Shown piece by piece: positions 9,128 to 20,455 of a stretch of DNA of 64,000 nt (its first letter is position 1; each line of letters starts with the position of its first letter). Under the pieces are notes generated by a model. The model saw only the letters and a program-made list of their open reading frames with translations, searched no databases and was not told the DNA's origin. The position numbers and the translations under genes are program-made. The stretch is from Candidatus Zixiibacteriota bacterium (GTDB lineage Bacteria; Zixibacteria; MSB-5A5; DG-27): NCBI GenBank assembly GCA_030605835.1, contig JAUWHO010000001.1, positions 29,966 to 93,965 of the forward strand, given 5' to 3'.

Positions 9128-9255
9128 TTGGTACCTCCCTTAAAATAGGTTTATTTGTCAAAAGGGGATGCTGGCTTTCCTTGGAATACTTCTCTTATAA
9201 TCCCTATAGTAACCTAAGGCTTCAGATGACCTTTGTCAAGCAGAATGATGACAAG

Positions 9256-10029
9256 CTATTTCAGTCTTTCCTTCGCCTCTTCCCAGAGCCTGTCCATCTC
9301 TTCCAAGTTGGAATCGGAGAGGGTCTTACCCTTCTCTCGCAAACGGTTTTCGATGTATTCGAAGCGTCTTTTGAACTTCTCAGTGGTTGAATTCAAAGCC
9401 TCCTCCGGGGATAAACCTAAATGCCGGCAGAGATTGACCAGGGAGAAGAGTACATCCCCAAGCTCATCTTTGACCTTACGCTTCTCGCCCTCGTGGAACG
9501 ACCTCTCCAGCTCGCCGACCTCCTCCTTGATCTTCTCAAAGACCTCCTCAGCTCTCTCCCAATCGAAATCGAACCGGGCAACCTTCTCCTGCACCCGATA
9601 AGCCTTGAGCAGGGCCGGCAAGGACTTGGGGACTCCCTCCAGGACGGAATACCCCTTCCTGCCGGAATTAGCGAGCTTTATATGTTCCCAGTTCTGCAGA
9701 ACCTCTTCCGGGGTGATCTTCCTCCTTTTCTCGAAGACGTGGGGATGACGAGCGATGAGCTTTTCACAGATCCCCTCGGCGACCCCCCAGATGTCGAAGC
9801 GCCCCTTTTCCTCAGCTAAACGGGCGTGGAAAACAATCTGAAGCAAAAGGTCTCCCAGCTCCTCCTTCAATTTCTGGTCGTCTCCGGAGTCGATGGCCTC
9901 TATGACCTCGTAAGCCTCCTCGATGAGATAGGGTTTGAGGCTCTGGTGGTCCTGTTTCAAGTCCCAGGGACAACCGTCGGGAGAGCGCAGACGAGCCATG
10001 ACTCTTATCAATCTCTCAAATCGGTTCAT
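9256..10029 (-). CDS. mazG: Nucleoside triphosphate pyrophosphohydrolase MazG
   Basis: LRSPDGCPWD, EEAYEV, EELGDLL, RHPHVF; two MazG domains; ATG at 10029. Confidence 0.96.
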   Translation of the reverse strand: MNRFERLIRVMARLRSPDGCPWDLKQDHQSLKPYLIEEAYEVIEAIDSGDDQKLKEELGDLLLQIVFHARLAEEKGRFDIWGVAEGICEKLIARHPHVFEKRRKITPEEVLQNWEHIKLANSGRKGYSVLEGVPKSLPALLKAYRVQEKVARFDFDWERAEEVFEKIKEEVGELERSFHEGEKRKVKDELGDVLFSLVNLCRHLGLSPEEALNSTTEKFKRRFEYIENRLREKGKTLSDSNLEEMDRLWEEAKERLK

Positions 10030-10103
10030 TTTTTCACCCTCGCTGTCCAAAATTAGAAGCAAAAAATGCCGAACGTATAGTAATAAAATAAAACCTAATT
10101 AGC

Positions 10104-10132
10104 TTGACAAACTTTTTTATGGCTATTATCAT
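10104..10132 (+). promoter_or_regulatory. Sigma70-type promoter for valS
   Basis: TTGACA-17 bp-TATCAT. Confidence 0.6.
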
Positions 10133-10189
10133 TTCTGATTGTCAGAGTGATTTGACAATTTTTTTTAGTCCGCTACAGATCCGTAAGAA

Positions 10190-12883
10190 GTGGTGATTGA
10201 GGTGAACGAAGAGGTCTTACCAAAGCAATACGACCCCAAGAAGACCGAGGATCGGTGGTATCAGTATTGGGAGTCCCGGGGTCTTTTCAAGGCCGACCCC
10301 GAAAGCCCCAAGCCGCCGTACAGCATTGTCATTCCGCCGCCCAACGTTACCGACATCCTCCATCTGGGGCACGCCTTAAACAACAGCCTTCAGGATATTC
10401 TGGTTCGCTACAAGAGGATTCGGGGTTTCGAGACCGAGTGGCTACCGGGGATCGACCACGCCGGAATCGCTACTCAGGTGGTGGTCGAGAAGAAGTTGGC
10501 AGAAGAAGGGATGAGTCGTCAGAAGCTGGGACGGGAGGAGTTCTTAAAGAGGGTTTGGCAGTGGAAGGACAGGAACGCCGACATCATCATCGAGCAGCTC
10601 AAGAAGATCGGCTGTTCCTGCGACTGGGATAAAACCAGGTTCACCATGGACGAGGGGCTCTCCCGGGCAGTTCTGGAGGTCTTCGTTCACCTTTACAACA
10701 AAGGGCTGATCTACAAAGGGAACTACATCGTCAACTGGTGCCCGCGCTGTCAGACTTCCTTATCCGACGATGAACCCGAAAGGGATGAACGGGATGGCCG
10801 GCTCTGGTACATAAAATACAAATTGAAGGGGGAGGACGAGTATATCACCGTCGCCACCACCAGGCCGGAGACCATGCTGGGGGACACCGCCGTCGCCGTT
10901 CACCCCAAAGATAAACGTTACAAAAAATACATAGGCAAGACCGCCATCCTGCCGATACTCGACCGCGAGCTTGCCATCATCGGGGACGAATATGTCGATC
11001 CCCAGTTCGGCACCGGCGCCGTCAAGGTTACTCCGGCGCACGACCCCAATGACTTCGAAGTCGGCAATCGCCACAACTTAGAGAAAATCAATGTCTTAAA
11101 CCCCGATGGCAGCATCAACCAGAATGGCGGCAAGTTCAAAGGTCTGGATCGCTACGAGTGCAGAAAAAGACTGGTCGCGGAACTGAAGAAGAAGGGGCTT
11201 TTAGAGAAGGAGGAGAAATACCGCGTCCCGGTTTTAACCTGCTACCGTTGTCATACCGATATCGAGCCCTATCTGTCGGAACAATGGTTCGTCAAGATGA
11301 AACCGCTGGCGGAGCCGGCCATTAAGGCGGTCAAAGAGGGCACCATAAGATTTTATCCCGGGCACTGGAGCAAGGTCTACCTCCACTGGATGGAGAACAT
11401 CCACGATTGGTGCATCTCCCGGCAGTTGTGGTGGGGACATCGTATTCCGGTCTGGTATTGCGACGACTGTCCCGAGATAACGGTCTCCAAGACCACCCCG
11501 GAGAGTTGTGGCCACTGTGGGAGTAAAAATGTCCACCAAGAAGAGGATGTCCTGGACACCTGGTTCTCCTCCTGGCTGTGGCCCTTTTCCACCTTCGGCT
11601 GGCCGGAGAAGACCAAGGAGCTGGAGGTCTTCTATCCCACCAAGCCCCTCTTCACGGCCTCGGAAATCATCTTCCTCTGGGTCGGGAGAATGGTGATGGC
11701 CGGGTATGAATTCATGGGCAAGCCCCCCTTCACCGACGTTTACATCCACGGCACCGTCCGGGACATAAACGGGATTAAGATGAGCAAGTCCCTGGGGAAC
11801 GGGATCGACCCCCTGGAGATCGTTCGGGATTACGGTGCCGATGCCCTGAGGATGACATTAGTCTTGGTCACCCCGGAGGGACAAGACCCCTTCCTGGCCA
11901 AGAACTCCTTCGAGCTGGGGAGGAATTTCTGCAACAAGCTCTGGAATGCTGGTCGCTTCGTTCTTTCTAACCTCAAGGATTTCGAGGCCAAGGAAGGGGA
12001 GACCTTCCCTCCGGACAGAAAGAGCTTGGACACCGCCGACCGCTGGATTCTGTCGCGCTTCTACGGGGCGATGGAAACCGTCGAGAAGGCCATCGAAAGC
12101 TATCGGTTCAACCAGGCCGGGAAGACTCTCTACGATTTCCTCTGGAAGGATTTTTGCGACTGGTATCTGGAATTCATAAAAGAGCGCCTTTACGATGCCG
12201 AGCATCCCCGGGAGAAAAGGATACCACAGCTTTTGGCCTCCCACCTGCTGGAGAAGACCCTGGTGGCTCTGTCTCCATTCGTTCCTTACATCTCCGAGGA
12301 GATCTGGCAGAGGTTGTCCAAGAAGATTTACATCGACGGCTCCCCCTGGACCGTCAACTACGCCGGCTGGCCGCAGACAAGAAGAGAGTGCCTCGACCTT
12401 GCCTTAGAGTCAGAGATGTCGCAGCTTCAGGAGGTCATCTATTCAGTTCGCAGCATCCGGGCGGAGATGAACGTCAAGCCGGCAAAGAGGGCAGACGTCA
12501 TAATAAAAACCGACAATCCCGAGCTCCACAAGCTGCTGGAGAAAAACAGACATTATATAACGCAACTGGGGAAGGTCGACAACCTGGAGATCTCTCCGAG
12601 AGCTAAGAAACCCCAGCATGCCGCCTCCGCGGTCGTCAGGGGAGCGGAGATCTACGTTCCCCTGGAGGGCTTGATTGATCTGGAGATTGAGAAATCACGT
12701 CTGGAAAAGGAGATGGAAAGGCTCAACGAGCAAATCGACAAGACCGCCAGGAAACTGAACAACAAAGACTTCACCAACAAAGCGCCTCCGGAGGTTGTCG
12801 AGAGAGAGAGGGCCAAACAACAGGAATATCAACAGATGCTCGACAAAATCGTCAAGAATATCGAAAGCTTGGTGGGATGGTAG
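10190..12883 (+). CDS. valS: Valine--tRNA ligase
   Basis: PPPNVT..HLGH, WCISRQLWWGH, DVLDTWFSS, KMSKS, C-terminal coiled coil. Confidence 0.98.
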   Translation: MVIEVNEEVLPKQYDPKKTEDRWYQYWESRGLFKADPESPKPPYSIVIPPPNVTDILHLGHALNNSLQDILVRYKRIRGFETEWLPGIDHAGIATQVVVEKKLAEEGMSRQKLGREEFLKRVWQWKDRNADIIIEQLKKIGCSCDWDKTRFTMDEGLSRAVLEVFVHLYNKGLIYKGNYIVNWCPRCQTSLSDDEPERDERDGRLWYIKYKLKGEDEYITVATTRPETMLGDTAVAVHPKDKRYKKYIGKTAILPILDRELAIIGDEYVDPQFGTGAVKVTPAHDPNDFEVGNRHNLEKINVLNPDGSINQNGGKFKGLDRYECRKRLVAELKKKGLLEKEEKYRVPVLTCYRCHTDIEPYLSEQWFVKMKPLAEPAIKAVKEGTIRFYPGHWSKVYLHWMENIHDWCISRQLWWGHRIPVWYCDDCPEITVSKTTPESCGHCGSKNVHQEEDVLDTWFSSWLWPFSTFGWPEKTKELEVFYPTKPLFTASEIIFLWVGRMVMAGYEFMGKPPFTDVYIHGTVRDINGIKMSKSLGNGIDPLEIVRDYGADALRMTLVLVTPEGQDPFLAKNSFELGRNFCNKLWNAGRFVLSNLKDFEAKEGETFPPDRKSLDTADRWILSRFYGAMETVEKAIESYRFNQAGKTLYDFLWKDFCDWYLEFIKERLYDAEHPREKRIPQLLASHLLEKTLVALSPFVPYISEEIWQRLSKKIYIDGSPWTVNYAGWPQTRRECLDLALESEMSQLQEVIYSVRSIRAEMNVKPAKRADVIIKTDNPELHKLLEKNRHYITQLGKVDNLEISPRAKKPQHAASAVVRGAEIYVPLEGLIDLEIEKSRLEKEMERLNEQIDKTARKLNNKDFTNKAPPEVVERERAKQQEYQQMLDKIVKNIESLVGW

Positions 12884-12932
12884 AGAGTGAAGTCCCATCG
12901 CGGGGGTTAGAGAGAGAACCTAAGACCGGGAG

Positions 12933-14306
12933 GTGAATATGAGAAAGATTGCACTTCTTATGATAGTTTTCTTTGGGGCCTGCGCTTTCGCCGGGGATTT
13001 CAGCCTCACCGTCTATAATCAGGACATAAGCCTGGTGAAACAGAAAGAGAGCTTCAACTTCTCGAAGGGGACCCAGGAGATAAGTCTGCAAGGGGTTCCC
13101 TCCCGGATCGACCCCACCTCGGTTCATTTCAAGCCCTTGAAGGATGCCAACAAAATCGCGCTGTTGGAGCAAAACTACCGTTACGACTTGGTGAGCCCCT
13201 CTAAGATATTCGAGAGATACTTAGACCATAAGATCCAGCTCACCACCAAGGGGGACAAATTCTACGAGGGCAGCCTCCTGAGTTTCAACGAGGGGCAGAT
13301 CGTGATTAAGAATGGCGGTCTCTCCATCGTGCGCGTCGATGAGATCAGGGACTATCAGTTCCCCGACCTCCCCGAGGGGCTTTTGACCAAGCCGACGCTG
13401 GTGTGGTTGGTAGAGAGCGGCATCCGCGGTCGCCGCGATTGCGAGGTCAGCTATCTCACCAAGGGGTTGAGCTGGCATGCCGAGTATGTTGCCGTAGTCG
13501 ACCAAGAGGATAAGAACTTGGAGCTGTCTGGATGGGTGTCATTGGATAACAGAAGCGGGGCCACCTACGAAAACGCCAAGCTCAAACTGATCGCCGGAGA
13601 TGTTCACCTGGTGGAGGCTTATCCGACCCGCCTCGTTGATATGGAAGGACTGGGTCGACCCTCCAAGGCGGTGCCCCAATTTGAAGAGCGTGCCTTTTTC
13701 GAATACCACCTCTATACTATGATCAGGCCGACAACTCTCAAAGATAAAGAGACCAAGCAACTCTCCCTGTTTCCGGCAGCCTCCACTCCGGTCAAAAAGA
13801 TTTACACCTTCGAGAGCAGAGGCTACTACCCTCGAGCTCGAGGCGGACGAGATCAGAAGGTGGCCGTAACTCTGGAGTTCACCAACGCTCAGAAACAGGG
13901 ACTGGGGATCCCCCTGCCGGAGGGAAAAATCAGAGTCTATAAGGCCGACAGAGATGGGTCTTTAGAGTTTATTGGGGAGGATAAGATCGATCACACCCCC
14001 AAAGATGAAAAGGTGCGCGTTTTCGTCGGGAACGCCTTCGATATCGTCGGGGAGAGAACTCAGAAGGAGCGCAAGGAGCTTGCCCCCAAGCTGGTCGATG
14101 AGACCTACGAGATCAAGTTGAGAAATCATAAGGAGGAGAAGGTAGAGGTGGTAGTGGTGGAACACTTCCACCGCTCCCGGGACTGGGAGATAATTGAATC
14201 CAACTACACCTATACCAAAAATGATGCCTGGACGGTTGAATTCGTCATTCCGGTGAAGGCCGACGGCGAATCCATTTTGGAATACAAGGTCCGTTACCGC
14301 TGGTAG
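12933..14306 (+). CDS. DUF4139/DUF4140 domain exported protein
   Basis: LTVYNQD, LLEQNYRYDL, SYLT.GLSW.A.Y, PLPEGKIRVY; signal peptide. Confidence 0.82.
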   Translation: MNMRKIALLMIVFFGACAFAGDFSLTVYNQDISLVKQKESFNFSKGTQEISLQGVPSRIDPTSVHFKPLKDANKIALLEQNYRYDLVSPSKIFERYLDHKIQLTTKGDKFYEGSLLSFNEGQIVIKNGGLSIVRVDEIRDYQFPDLPEGLLTKPTLVWLVESGIRGRRDCEVSYLTKGLSWHAEYVAVVDQEDKNLELSGWVSLDNRSGATYENAKLKLIAGDVHLVEAYPTRLVDMEGLGRPSKAVPQFEERAFFEYHLYTMIRPTTLKDKETKQLSLFPAASTPVKKIYTFESRGYYPRARGGRDQKVAVTLEFTNAQKQGLGIPLPEGKIRVYKADRDGSLEFIGEDKIDHTPKDEKVRVFVGNAFDIVGERTQKERKELAPKLVDETYEIKLRNHKEEKVEVVVVEHFHRSRDWEIIESNYTYTKNDAWTVEFVIPVKADGESILEYKVRYRW

Positions 14307-14358
14307 GATTGATTGGTGGAGAGAAAAACTCGTTTCTATTGAATACTTTCTTGGAGGA

Positions 14359-15387
14359 GTGATGAAGTATACCAAATATCTCCTGGGGGGTCTATTGATT
14401 ATCACCCTTATCTTTTCGGTGAGCTGCCAGAGTAAATACTTAACCGCGGCAAAGATCGCCCTGCAGCTTAGTCCTCCGGACCACGATGATGCTCTGGCAA
14501 ACCTCAAGCTCTGCGTCCAGGAGGACCCCAAGAATGCTAAGGCTTATAATCTGATGGGTCAGATTTACGCCGAGAAGAACATGTATCAGGAGATGCTGGA
14601 GAGCTTCAGGAAGGCGGAGAGCCTGGATCCTTCCCTGAAGAAGGAGAACGACAAGTGGCGAGAGAACAAGTGGGCCAGGGTCTTCAACAAGGGCCTCCAG
14701 GAGGTAAAAGCTGGCAACCTCACCTCCGCCAGAGAGCAATTCCGGACCGCCATCTTCATCGACTCCACCAAGTGGGAATCGTATGCCAATCTTGGCTTCA
14801 CCTATTCCCGAATGGACAGCTTGGATGGAGCTTACCTCAGCTACAAAAAGGCCTTCGAGCTCAAAGGAGATGACATAACTACTGCGCTGGACTACGCCAC
14901 GGTGTGCTATCAAAGCCAGAAATGGGACGAGGCCGAAATAGGCTACGCCCAGCTCCTCGAACTGGATCCAGGACACAACGAGGGTTTGATCCGCCTGCCG
15001 GAGGTTTACAAGAACCAGGGTCGGTTGGAGGACTCCAAGAACGCTTATGAGCGAACCTTGAAGCTCATCCCCGGCAATCAAGATGTCTGGTTCAACTTAG
15101 GGGTGCTTTGTTTTCATGAGCTGAAGGATTACGACTGCGCCTCGGAGTCCTTCAACAAGGTGGTAGAGCTGGTACCGGACGATCAAGACGCCAACATGAA
15201 TCTGGCGCTTTCCTATCTGATGCAAGAGAAATACGACCTCGCCGCCCCGGTCCTGGAGAAGTTGGTGCAGATGGACGAGAAGAATTGTGACGCCTGGGAG
15301 ATGCTCTCCGGAAGTTACACTCAACTGAAAGAACAGGATAAGGCCCGGGAGGCTTTCAACCGCTACCGGGATTGTAAGGGGGAGTGA
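14359..15387 (+). CDS. Tetratricopeptide repeat lipoprotein
   Basis: Lipobox-like FSVSC; multiple TPR repeats. Confidence 0.85.
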   Translation: MMKYTKYLLGGLLIITLIFSVSCQSKYLTAAKIALQLSPPDHDDALANLKLCVQEDPKNAKAYNLMGQIYAEKNMYQEMLESFRKAESLDPSLKKENDKWRENKWARVFNKGLQEVKAGNLTSAREQFRTAIFIDSTKWESYANLGFTYSRMDSLDGAYLSYKKAFELKGDDITTALDYATVCYQSQKWDEAEIGYAQLLELDPGHNEGLIRLPEVYKNQGRLEDSKNAYERTLKLIPGNQDVWFNLGVLCFHELKDYDCASESFNKVVELVPDDQDANMNLALSYLMQEKYDLAAPVLEKLVQMDEKNCDAWEMLSGSYTQLKEQDKAREAFNRYRDCKGE

Positions 15388-15412
15388 GATTGCTTTCTAC
15401 TTCACCTTTTAG

Positions 15413-15442
15413 AGGCAGTGGCACCCCCACTGCCTTTCTTTT
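15413..15442 (+). terminator. Putative intrinsic terminator
   Basis: AGGCAGTGG/CCACTGCCT stem followed by TTCTTTT. Confidence 0.6.
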
Positions 15443-15450
15443 CTGAAGGC

Positions 15451-17916
15451 ATGAGAGTCAAGATCGCGGTCCCAGTTCCCGCCAGAAAGCTGTTCACCTA
15501 CTTGGTGCCGGCCCAACTTCGGGAGGAAATAGAGCCCGGGAAGAGAGTGGAGGTCCCCTTCGGGTCGAGGATCTTAACCGGCCTGGTGCTCGAGCCCTCT
15601 TCTGAGAAAGTGGGGCGCCGGCTGAAGTATGTCAGGAGATGTCTCGACTATAAGCCGGTTCTCTCTCCCTCGCTTTTGAAGCTGGGACAATGGATTTCCA
15701 GATATTACCTCTCCCCTCCGGGAGAGACCTTCAAAGCCATGCTGCCTTCGGGGCTTCTGGCAGCCTCAGAAAACAGAGTAGCCCTCACGGCTCAAGGGAT
15801 ACTCGCAACCAAGGACCTTGAGAAAAGAGAAAGAGATTCAGGTGAAGAGATACTGAGGTTCCTCTACCCCTCCAGGCAGGTAAGGGTCTCCTCCTTGAAA
15901 AAAAGATTCGACTTTCCTGCTTTCAATTCCGTCATAGCGGAGCTTGAGTCTCAGGGACTGGTCAATCTTCTGCCGTCCGTTTCGACGTTGATGGGAGCGA
16001 AATTGGAGAGGACCGTTTGCCTTCCGGGATTTCTACAACTTGGCAGGGGGGACTTAACCTTCAAGGCTCTGGTGGAGGTGTTTGAAGAGAGGGCTCCGGC
16101 TCAGGCGAGGTGTTTGAAGCTTCTCCACCAGAGGGGAAGGCTCAAACTCGGGGAGCTTCTGAAGCTGGCCGCAACCGACCGGGAAGTCATCAACCGCCTG
16201 GTTAGACAACGCCTGGTGGAAATCGAATCCACGGAGGCGATCAGAGATCCATTAGAGTCCTATGAGGCCTATCCCCTGAACGCGAGCGAGCTGAATTCGG
16301 AACAGAAAAGCGCCTTAGCCGAGGTTAGCGGCTCGCTGCGTCAGGGTCAGAGTCGAACCTTTCTCCTCTTCGGAGTGACCGGCTCCGGCAAGACCCAGAT
16401 TTATATTGAGGCCGTCAAGCTCTGCCTGAAGCTGGGAAAATCGAGCTTGATTCTGATTCCAGAGATCTCTCTGACTCCCCAGACGGTGGGGCGATTCAAA
16501 GCCGGGTTCGGAGAGAGAGTGGGGGTGTGGCACAGCCGTCTGTCCCCCGGGGAGCGCTACGACACCTGGAGGCGCGCCCGCGAGGGGGAGCTTGACGTAG
16601 TTGTGGGAGTGCGCTCCGCAATATTCTCCCCACTCCCCAATCTGGGCCTGGTAGTCATCGACGAGGAGCACGACAGCTCTTATAAGCAGGAGTCTCCCAA
16701 TCCCAAATACAACGCCCGGGAGGTGGCGCTGATGCGGGCCAAGCTGGAGAAGGCGGTGACGATTCTGGGTTCCGCCACCCCCAGCTTCGAATCCTATCAA
16801 AATGCCCTCGCGGGAAAGTATGCTCTCTTGAGGTTGAGCTTTAGAGTGGAGGCTCGTCCTTTGCCGAAGGTGGAGATCGTCGATATGGTCACCTCCCCAA
16901 GGGAACCGGGAACGTTGCTGGGCGAGGTGCTCTTCGCCAAGATGAAGAAGGCTTTGAGCACCTCCCGGCAGGTCATACTCCTGCACAATCGCCGAGGCTT
17001 CAGCCCCACCGCCAAATGCCAGGACTGCGGGTTTGTGTGGAGGTGTCCCAATTGTGACATCTCCCTCACCTATCATCGCCAGGATCTGAAGCTCCTCTGT
17101 CACTACTGTGATTTCCACCTTCCGGCCCCCCAGGTCTGCGACAACTGTGGGGGGACGAAGATCTTTTACAGAGGCTACGGCACCCAGAGGATTGAAGGGG
17201 AGGTCAAGAGGTGTTTCCCGGAGTCGAAGCTGGTGCGCATGGACTTCGACGCCACCAGAAGGAAGGGCGCCCATCAGTCCATCTTAGAGGAGTTTCGAAG
17301 CGGGAGAGCCAATCTGCTCCTGGGCACTCAAATGGTGAGCAAGGGACTCGATTTCCCGGAGGTAGTCTTAGTCGGGGTCCTCTCCGCGGATCTCTCCCTT
17401 GATTTCCCCGACTTCCGCGCCGGGGAGAGAACCTTCCAGCTCTTGACTCAGGTCTCCGGGAGATGTGGTCGAGGTCAGCTCCCCGGAGAGGTGGTGGTGC
17501 AGACCTATCATCCGGACAATGCGGCCGTCAAGGCCGCGGTGTCACAGGATTTCGAATCCTTCTTCTGGCAGGAGGTAGCCACCAGAAGGAAGCTTTTCTA
17601 TCCTCCCTTCTCACACCTGATTCTGGTCAGATTCTCTGGAAAGAAGGAAAGCGAGCTGAAAAAGGGAGCTGAGGTCTTCCACAGACGACTGAGCCAAGAG
17701 CTCTCCCTGTTGGCGGAGAGGGTGAGAATCCTGGGTCCGGTCAGCTCTCTTATTCCCAGGTTAAGAGGAGAGTACCGCTACCAAATCTTGATCAAGGTCA
17801 AGAGAATCCTCCCCATGATCGAGGTCCTAGATCAGCTTTTAGAATCAGAATCGATCAGGAAACTCAGAAGGCGAGTGAAGGTCTCAATCGACGTGGACCC
17901 TCAGGAGGTCTTCTAA
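15451..17916 (+). CDS. priA: Primosomal protein N' (replication restart helicase)
   Basis: GVTGSGKT, DEEH, Cys-rich Zn region, GTQMVSKGLDFP. Confidence 0.97.
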   Translation: MRVKIAVPVPARKLFTYLVPAQLREEIEPGKRVEVPFGSRILTGLVLEPSSEKVGRRLKYVRRCLDYKPVLSPSLLKLGQWISRYYLSPPGETFKAMLPSGLLAASENRVALTAQGILATKDLEKRERDSGEEILRFLYPSRQVRVSSLKKRFDFPAFNSVIAELESQGLVNLLPSVSTLMGAKLERTVCLPGFLQLGRGDLTFKALVEVFEERAPAQARCLKLLHQRGRLKLGELLKLAATDREVINRLVRQRLVEIESTEAIRDPLESYEAYPLNASELNSEQKSALAEVSGSLRQGQSRTFLLFGVTGSGKTQIYIEAVKLCLKLGKSSLILIPEISLTPQTVGRFKAGFGERVGVWHSRLSPGERYDTWRRAREGELDVVVGVRSAIFSPLPNLGLVVIDEEHDSSYKQESPNPKYNAREVALMRAKLEKAVTILGSATPSFESYQNALAGKYALLRLSFRVEARPLPKVEIVDMVTSPREPGTLLGEVLFAKMKKALSTSRQVILLHNRRGFSPTAKCQDCGFVWRCPNCDISLTYHRQDLKLLCHYCDFHLPAPQVCDNCGGTKIFYRGYGTQRIEGEVKRCFPESKLVRMDFDATRRKGAHQSILEEFRSGRANLLLGTQMVSKGLDFPEVVLVGVLSADLSLDFPDFRAGERTFQLLTQVSGRCGRGQLPGEVVVQTYHPDNAAVKAAVSQDFESFFWQEVATRRKLFYPPFSHLILVRFSGKKESELKKGAEVFHRRLSQELSLLAERVRILGPVSSLIPRLRGEYRYQILIKVKRILPMIEVLDQLLESESIRKLRRRVKVSIDVDPQEVF

Positions 17917-18230
17917 GTGTCACCACCCGAATAACTCCCTGCCTCTTTCAGAGGTCGAAACTACATAACCTGACGCCTTCCGGCAGATTCTATTATACTT
18001 CCGTCGTAGCCAAACAGGAGTGTTTTCAAGGAAAATAGCATTTCTCTCGGTAAGACTACGTCTGATAGTTTCCAGACCTGGAGGTGAGGAGATTCGATTC
18101 AACCTGATGAGAGATTGAACATCGGTCGGCGTCCAAAATCCTTGACAAAAGAGGATATCGCCTTATTATAGAAAGCGAGGCTCTCATTAAGCTTCTTGTT
18201 AAGGCCTCATCTAAGCGCCAACACCTGGAG

Positions 18231-20381
18231 ATGAATATGAGACTGTTTTTGAGCTTTGTCATTGTTTCCCTTTTTCTCCTTCCTGCTTCTTCTTTGGCGG
18301 TGGAGGTTTCCGGTCCGGTATGGGGTCGCTGGACGGTTGAGAACTCCCCTTACGATGTCGTTGGAGAGGTGAGAGTACCTCCCGAATCGACCCTCATAAT
18401 CGACCCCGGAGTGGTGGTCAACTTCAAGGGGCACTACAAATTTATCGTGGATAGTGCCGCGGTGCTGTTAGCAGTCGGGAGCGAGACCGATTCTATCTAC
18501 TTCACTCCAGAGGACACCACCGTTGGATGGCACGGCATCCGCTTCATCCATGCCGACGGAGCCTCACACCTCTCTCATTGTCAAATCAGATACGGAAAAG
18601 CCACGGGGACCTATCCCGACTACCACGGTGGCGGTGTCTTCTGTTACTATTCTGACCTCAAAATTAACAACTGTAGCATCGTCAGAAATCATGCGATGAG
18701 AAACGGTTTTGGCGGGGGAATCTACTGCTACCACTCGAGCTGCGAGATAACTGAAAGCGACATCAGCTTCAACAAGGCCACCCCGATCGGAGGCGGCATT
18801 TACGCCGTCTATTCAAATCTCACCATCAGATCCAGCAGTCTCGTCAGAAACATGGCGTGGGGGGCCGGCGGCGGCATCTACTGCGGCTCCTCCGATTTGG
18901 TCTCAAGCTCCAACAGCTTCAGCGACAATTGGTCCTTCTTCGGAGGCGGGATCTATGCCTTCAGCTCTCAGGTCAACATAACCAGCGACAGCTTTGAAGC
19001 TAACTCCATTAGCCACCTGGGGGGCGGGATTTTCGTTGGCGACTGCGATGGAGTAATAAATGATAACGTCATCGCCGGTAACGATGCTGAGGATGGTGGC
19101 GGCATCTTTTGCGGGTATGGTTCGACGGTTATCATAGCCAATAACCTCATCAGCAATAACACTACCTACCACGCCGACGATGATGGCGGCGGCATCTTCT
19201 GCCACAATTCAAGCCCCGAGATACTTCATAACCTCATTATCGGGAACTTCGCCCAGCGTTACGGTGGTGGTATCTATCTCTGGGGCTCAAGTCCCTTGAT
19301 AGAAGGCAACACCATAAGCATGAACACCGCCCAATACGGTGGGGGCATATGTTGTCACGATAGCTCCTTTGTAACGGTCACAAACAACATACTCTGGGAA
19401 GATTCTGCCGAGGTGGGAATGGAACTCTGCTTGTTATATGATGCGGAAGCAGTCCCCCCTGTGCTTACAGTTAGTTATAGTGACGTTGAAGGGGGCGAAG
19501 GAGATGTTTACGTCGCCCCTGAAGCCGAACTTGTCTGGGGATACGGCAACCTCGATCTAGACCCACTCTTTATCGATTCCCACGGAGACGATTTTCACCT
19601 GCTGCCCACGTCTCCGTGTATCGACGTGGGAGATCCATATATGGAGGACTATGACCACTCCCGTTCGGACATGGGAGCTTTGCCATATTTCCACAAGATC
19701 GCCTTGCGCCTGCGCCCGGATGACCCTTTCCCTCTCAGCTTCCCCCGGGGTTATGACGCCTACGGGATGAGAACCATCGCCAATAACACTGCCTCTCCCA
19801 AGCCGGTCAAGCTTTCGAGCGTCATTACCAACTCCGCCGGTGACACCCTGAGAAATCTGTATTCGTGGGAGGGAAATCTGCCCAGACAACACTTGAGGGA
19901 GGATTACGGCTATCTCCACGTTCCAAGCTATGTGCCGCCCGGTTTCTACAACTACGTGATGGCGGCGGAGAATGCTTCAACCGGTGAGATCTGGCACACC
20001 TCGGTGACGCCGTTTGAGATTTCTGAAGGTGGAGCGATTGCAACCTCTGGTGAAGGTTGGTTCTCACAATTCGGGGAAAAGTTCTCTCGGGGCGAGGATG
20101 TGAGCTTTATCCCTTCAGAGACGAGCCTCAATACTCGTTGTTATCCCAACCCCTTCAATACCTCCACCACTATCAGCTACCAGCTTCAAACTGCAGGCCA
20201 GGTCACTTTGGAAGTCTACAACCTTCTTGGACAGAGGGTGACCACATTAGTGAACGAAAAGCAGCAGGCTGGAGATAAATTTGTAATCTGGGATGCTTCC
20301 CAAGTTTCCTCCGGGCTTTACTTCTACAAGTTGACCGCCGGGGATTTCACGCAGACCAAGAGGATGATGCTGGTGAAGTGA
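18231..20381 (+). CDS. Secreted right-handed beta-helix protein with C-terminal sorting domain
   Basis: Signal peptide, GGGI repeats, CYPNPFN CTD; N-terminal domain resembles that of 3130-4986. Confidence 0.9.
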   Translation: MNMRLFLSFVIVSLFLLPASSLAVEVSGPVWGRWTVENSPYDVVGEVRVPPESTLIIDPGVVVNFKGHYKFIVDSAAVLLAVGSETDSIYFTPEDTTVGWHGIRFIHADGASHLSHCQIRYGKATGTYPDYHGGGVFCYYSDLKINNCSIVRNHAMRNGFGGGIYCYHSSCEITESDISFNKATPIGGGIYAVYSNLTIRSSSLVRNMAWGAGGGIYCGSSDLVSSSNSFSDNWSFFGGGIYAFSSQVNITSDSFEANSISHLGGGIFVGDCDGVINDNVIAGNDAEDGGGIFCGYGSTVIIANNLISNNTTYHADDDGGGIFCHNSSPEILHNLIIGNFAQRYGGGIYLWGSSPLIEGNTISMNTAQYGGGICCHDSSFVTVTNNILWEDSAEVGMELCLLYDAEAVPPVLTVSYSDVEGGEGDVYVAPEAELVWGYGNLDLDPLFIDSHGDDFHLLPTSPCIDVGDPYMEDYDHSRSDMGALPYFHKIALRLRPDDPFPLSFPRGYDAYGMRTIANNTASPKPVKLSSVITNSAGDTLRNLYSWEGNLPRQHLREDYGYLHVPSYVPPGFYNYVMAAENASTGEIWHTSVTPFEISEGGAIATSGEGWFSQFGEKFSRGEDVSFIPSETSLNTRCYPNPFNTSTTISYQLQTAGQVTLEVYNLLGQRVTTLVNEKQQAGDKFVIWDASQVSSGLYFYKLTAGDFTQTKRMMLVK

Positions 20382-20455
20382 GGTCCCTGATCCTCTTTTG
20401 ACGGGGGCTGTGTAAAGCATTGTGTGGTTTTCTGCCCAGGGGTGGCTAGAGAAGA

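Noticed and set aside
16315..17274. Long antisense ORFs (here and opposite valS, PBP1A and secY)
   Set aside because: Shadow frames of well-supported genes, with no recognisable motifs.
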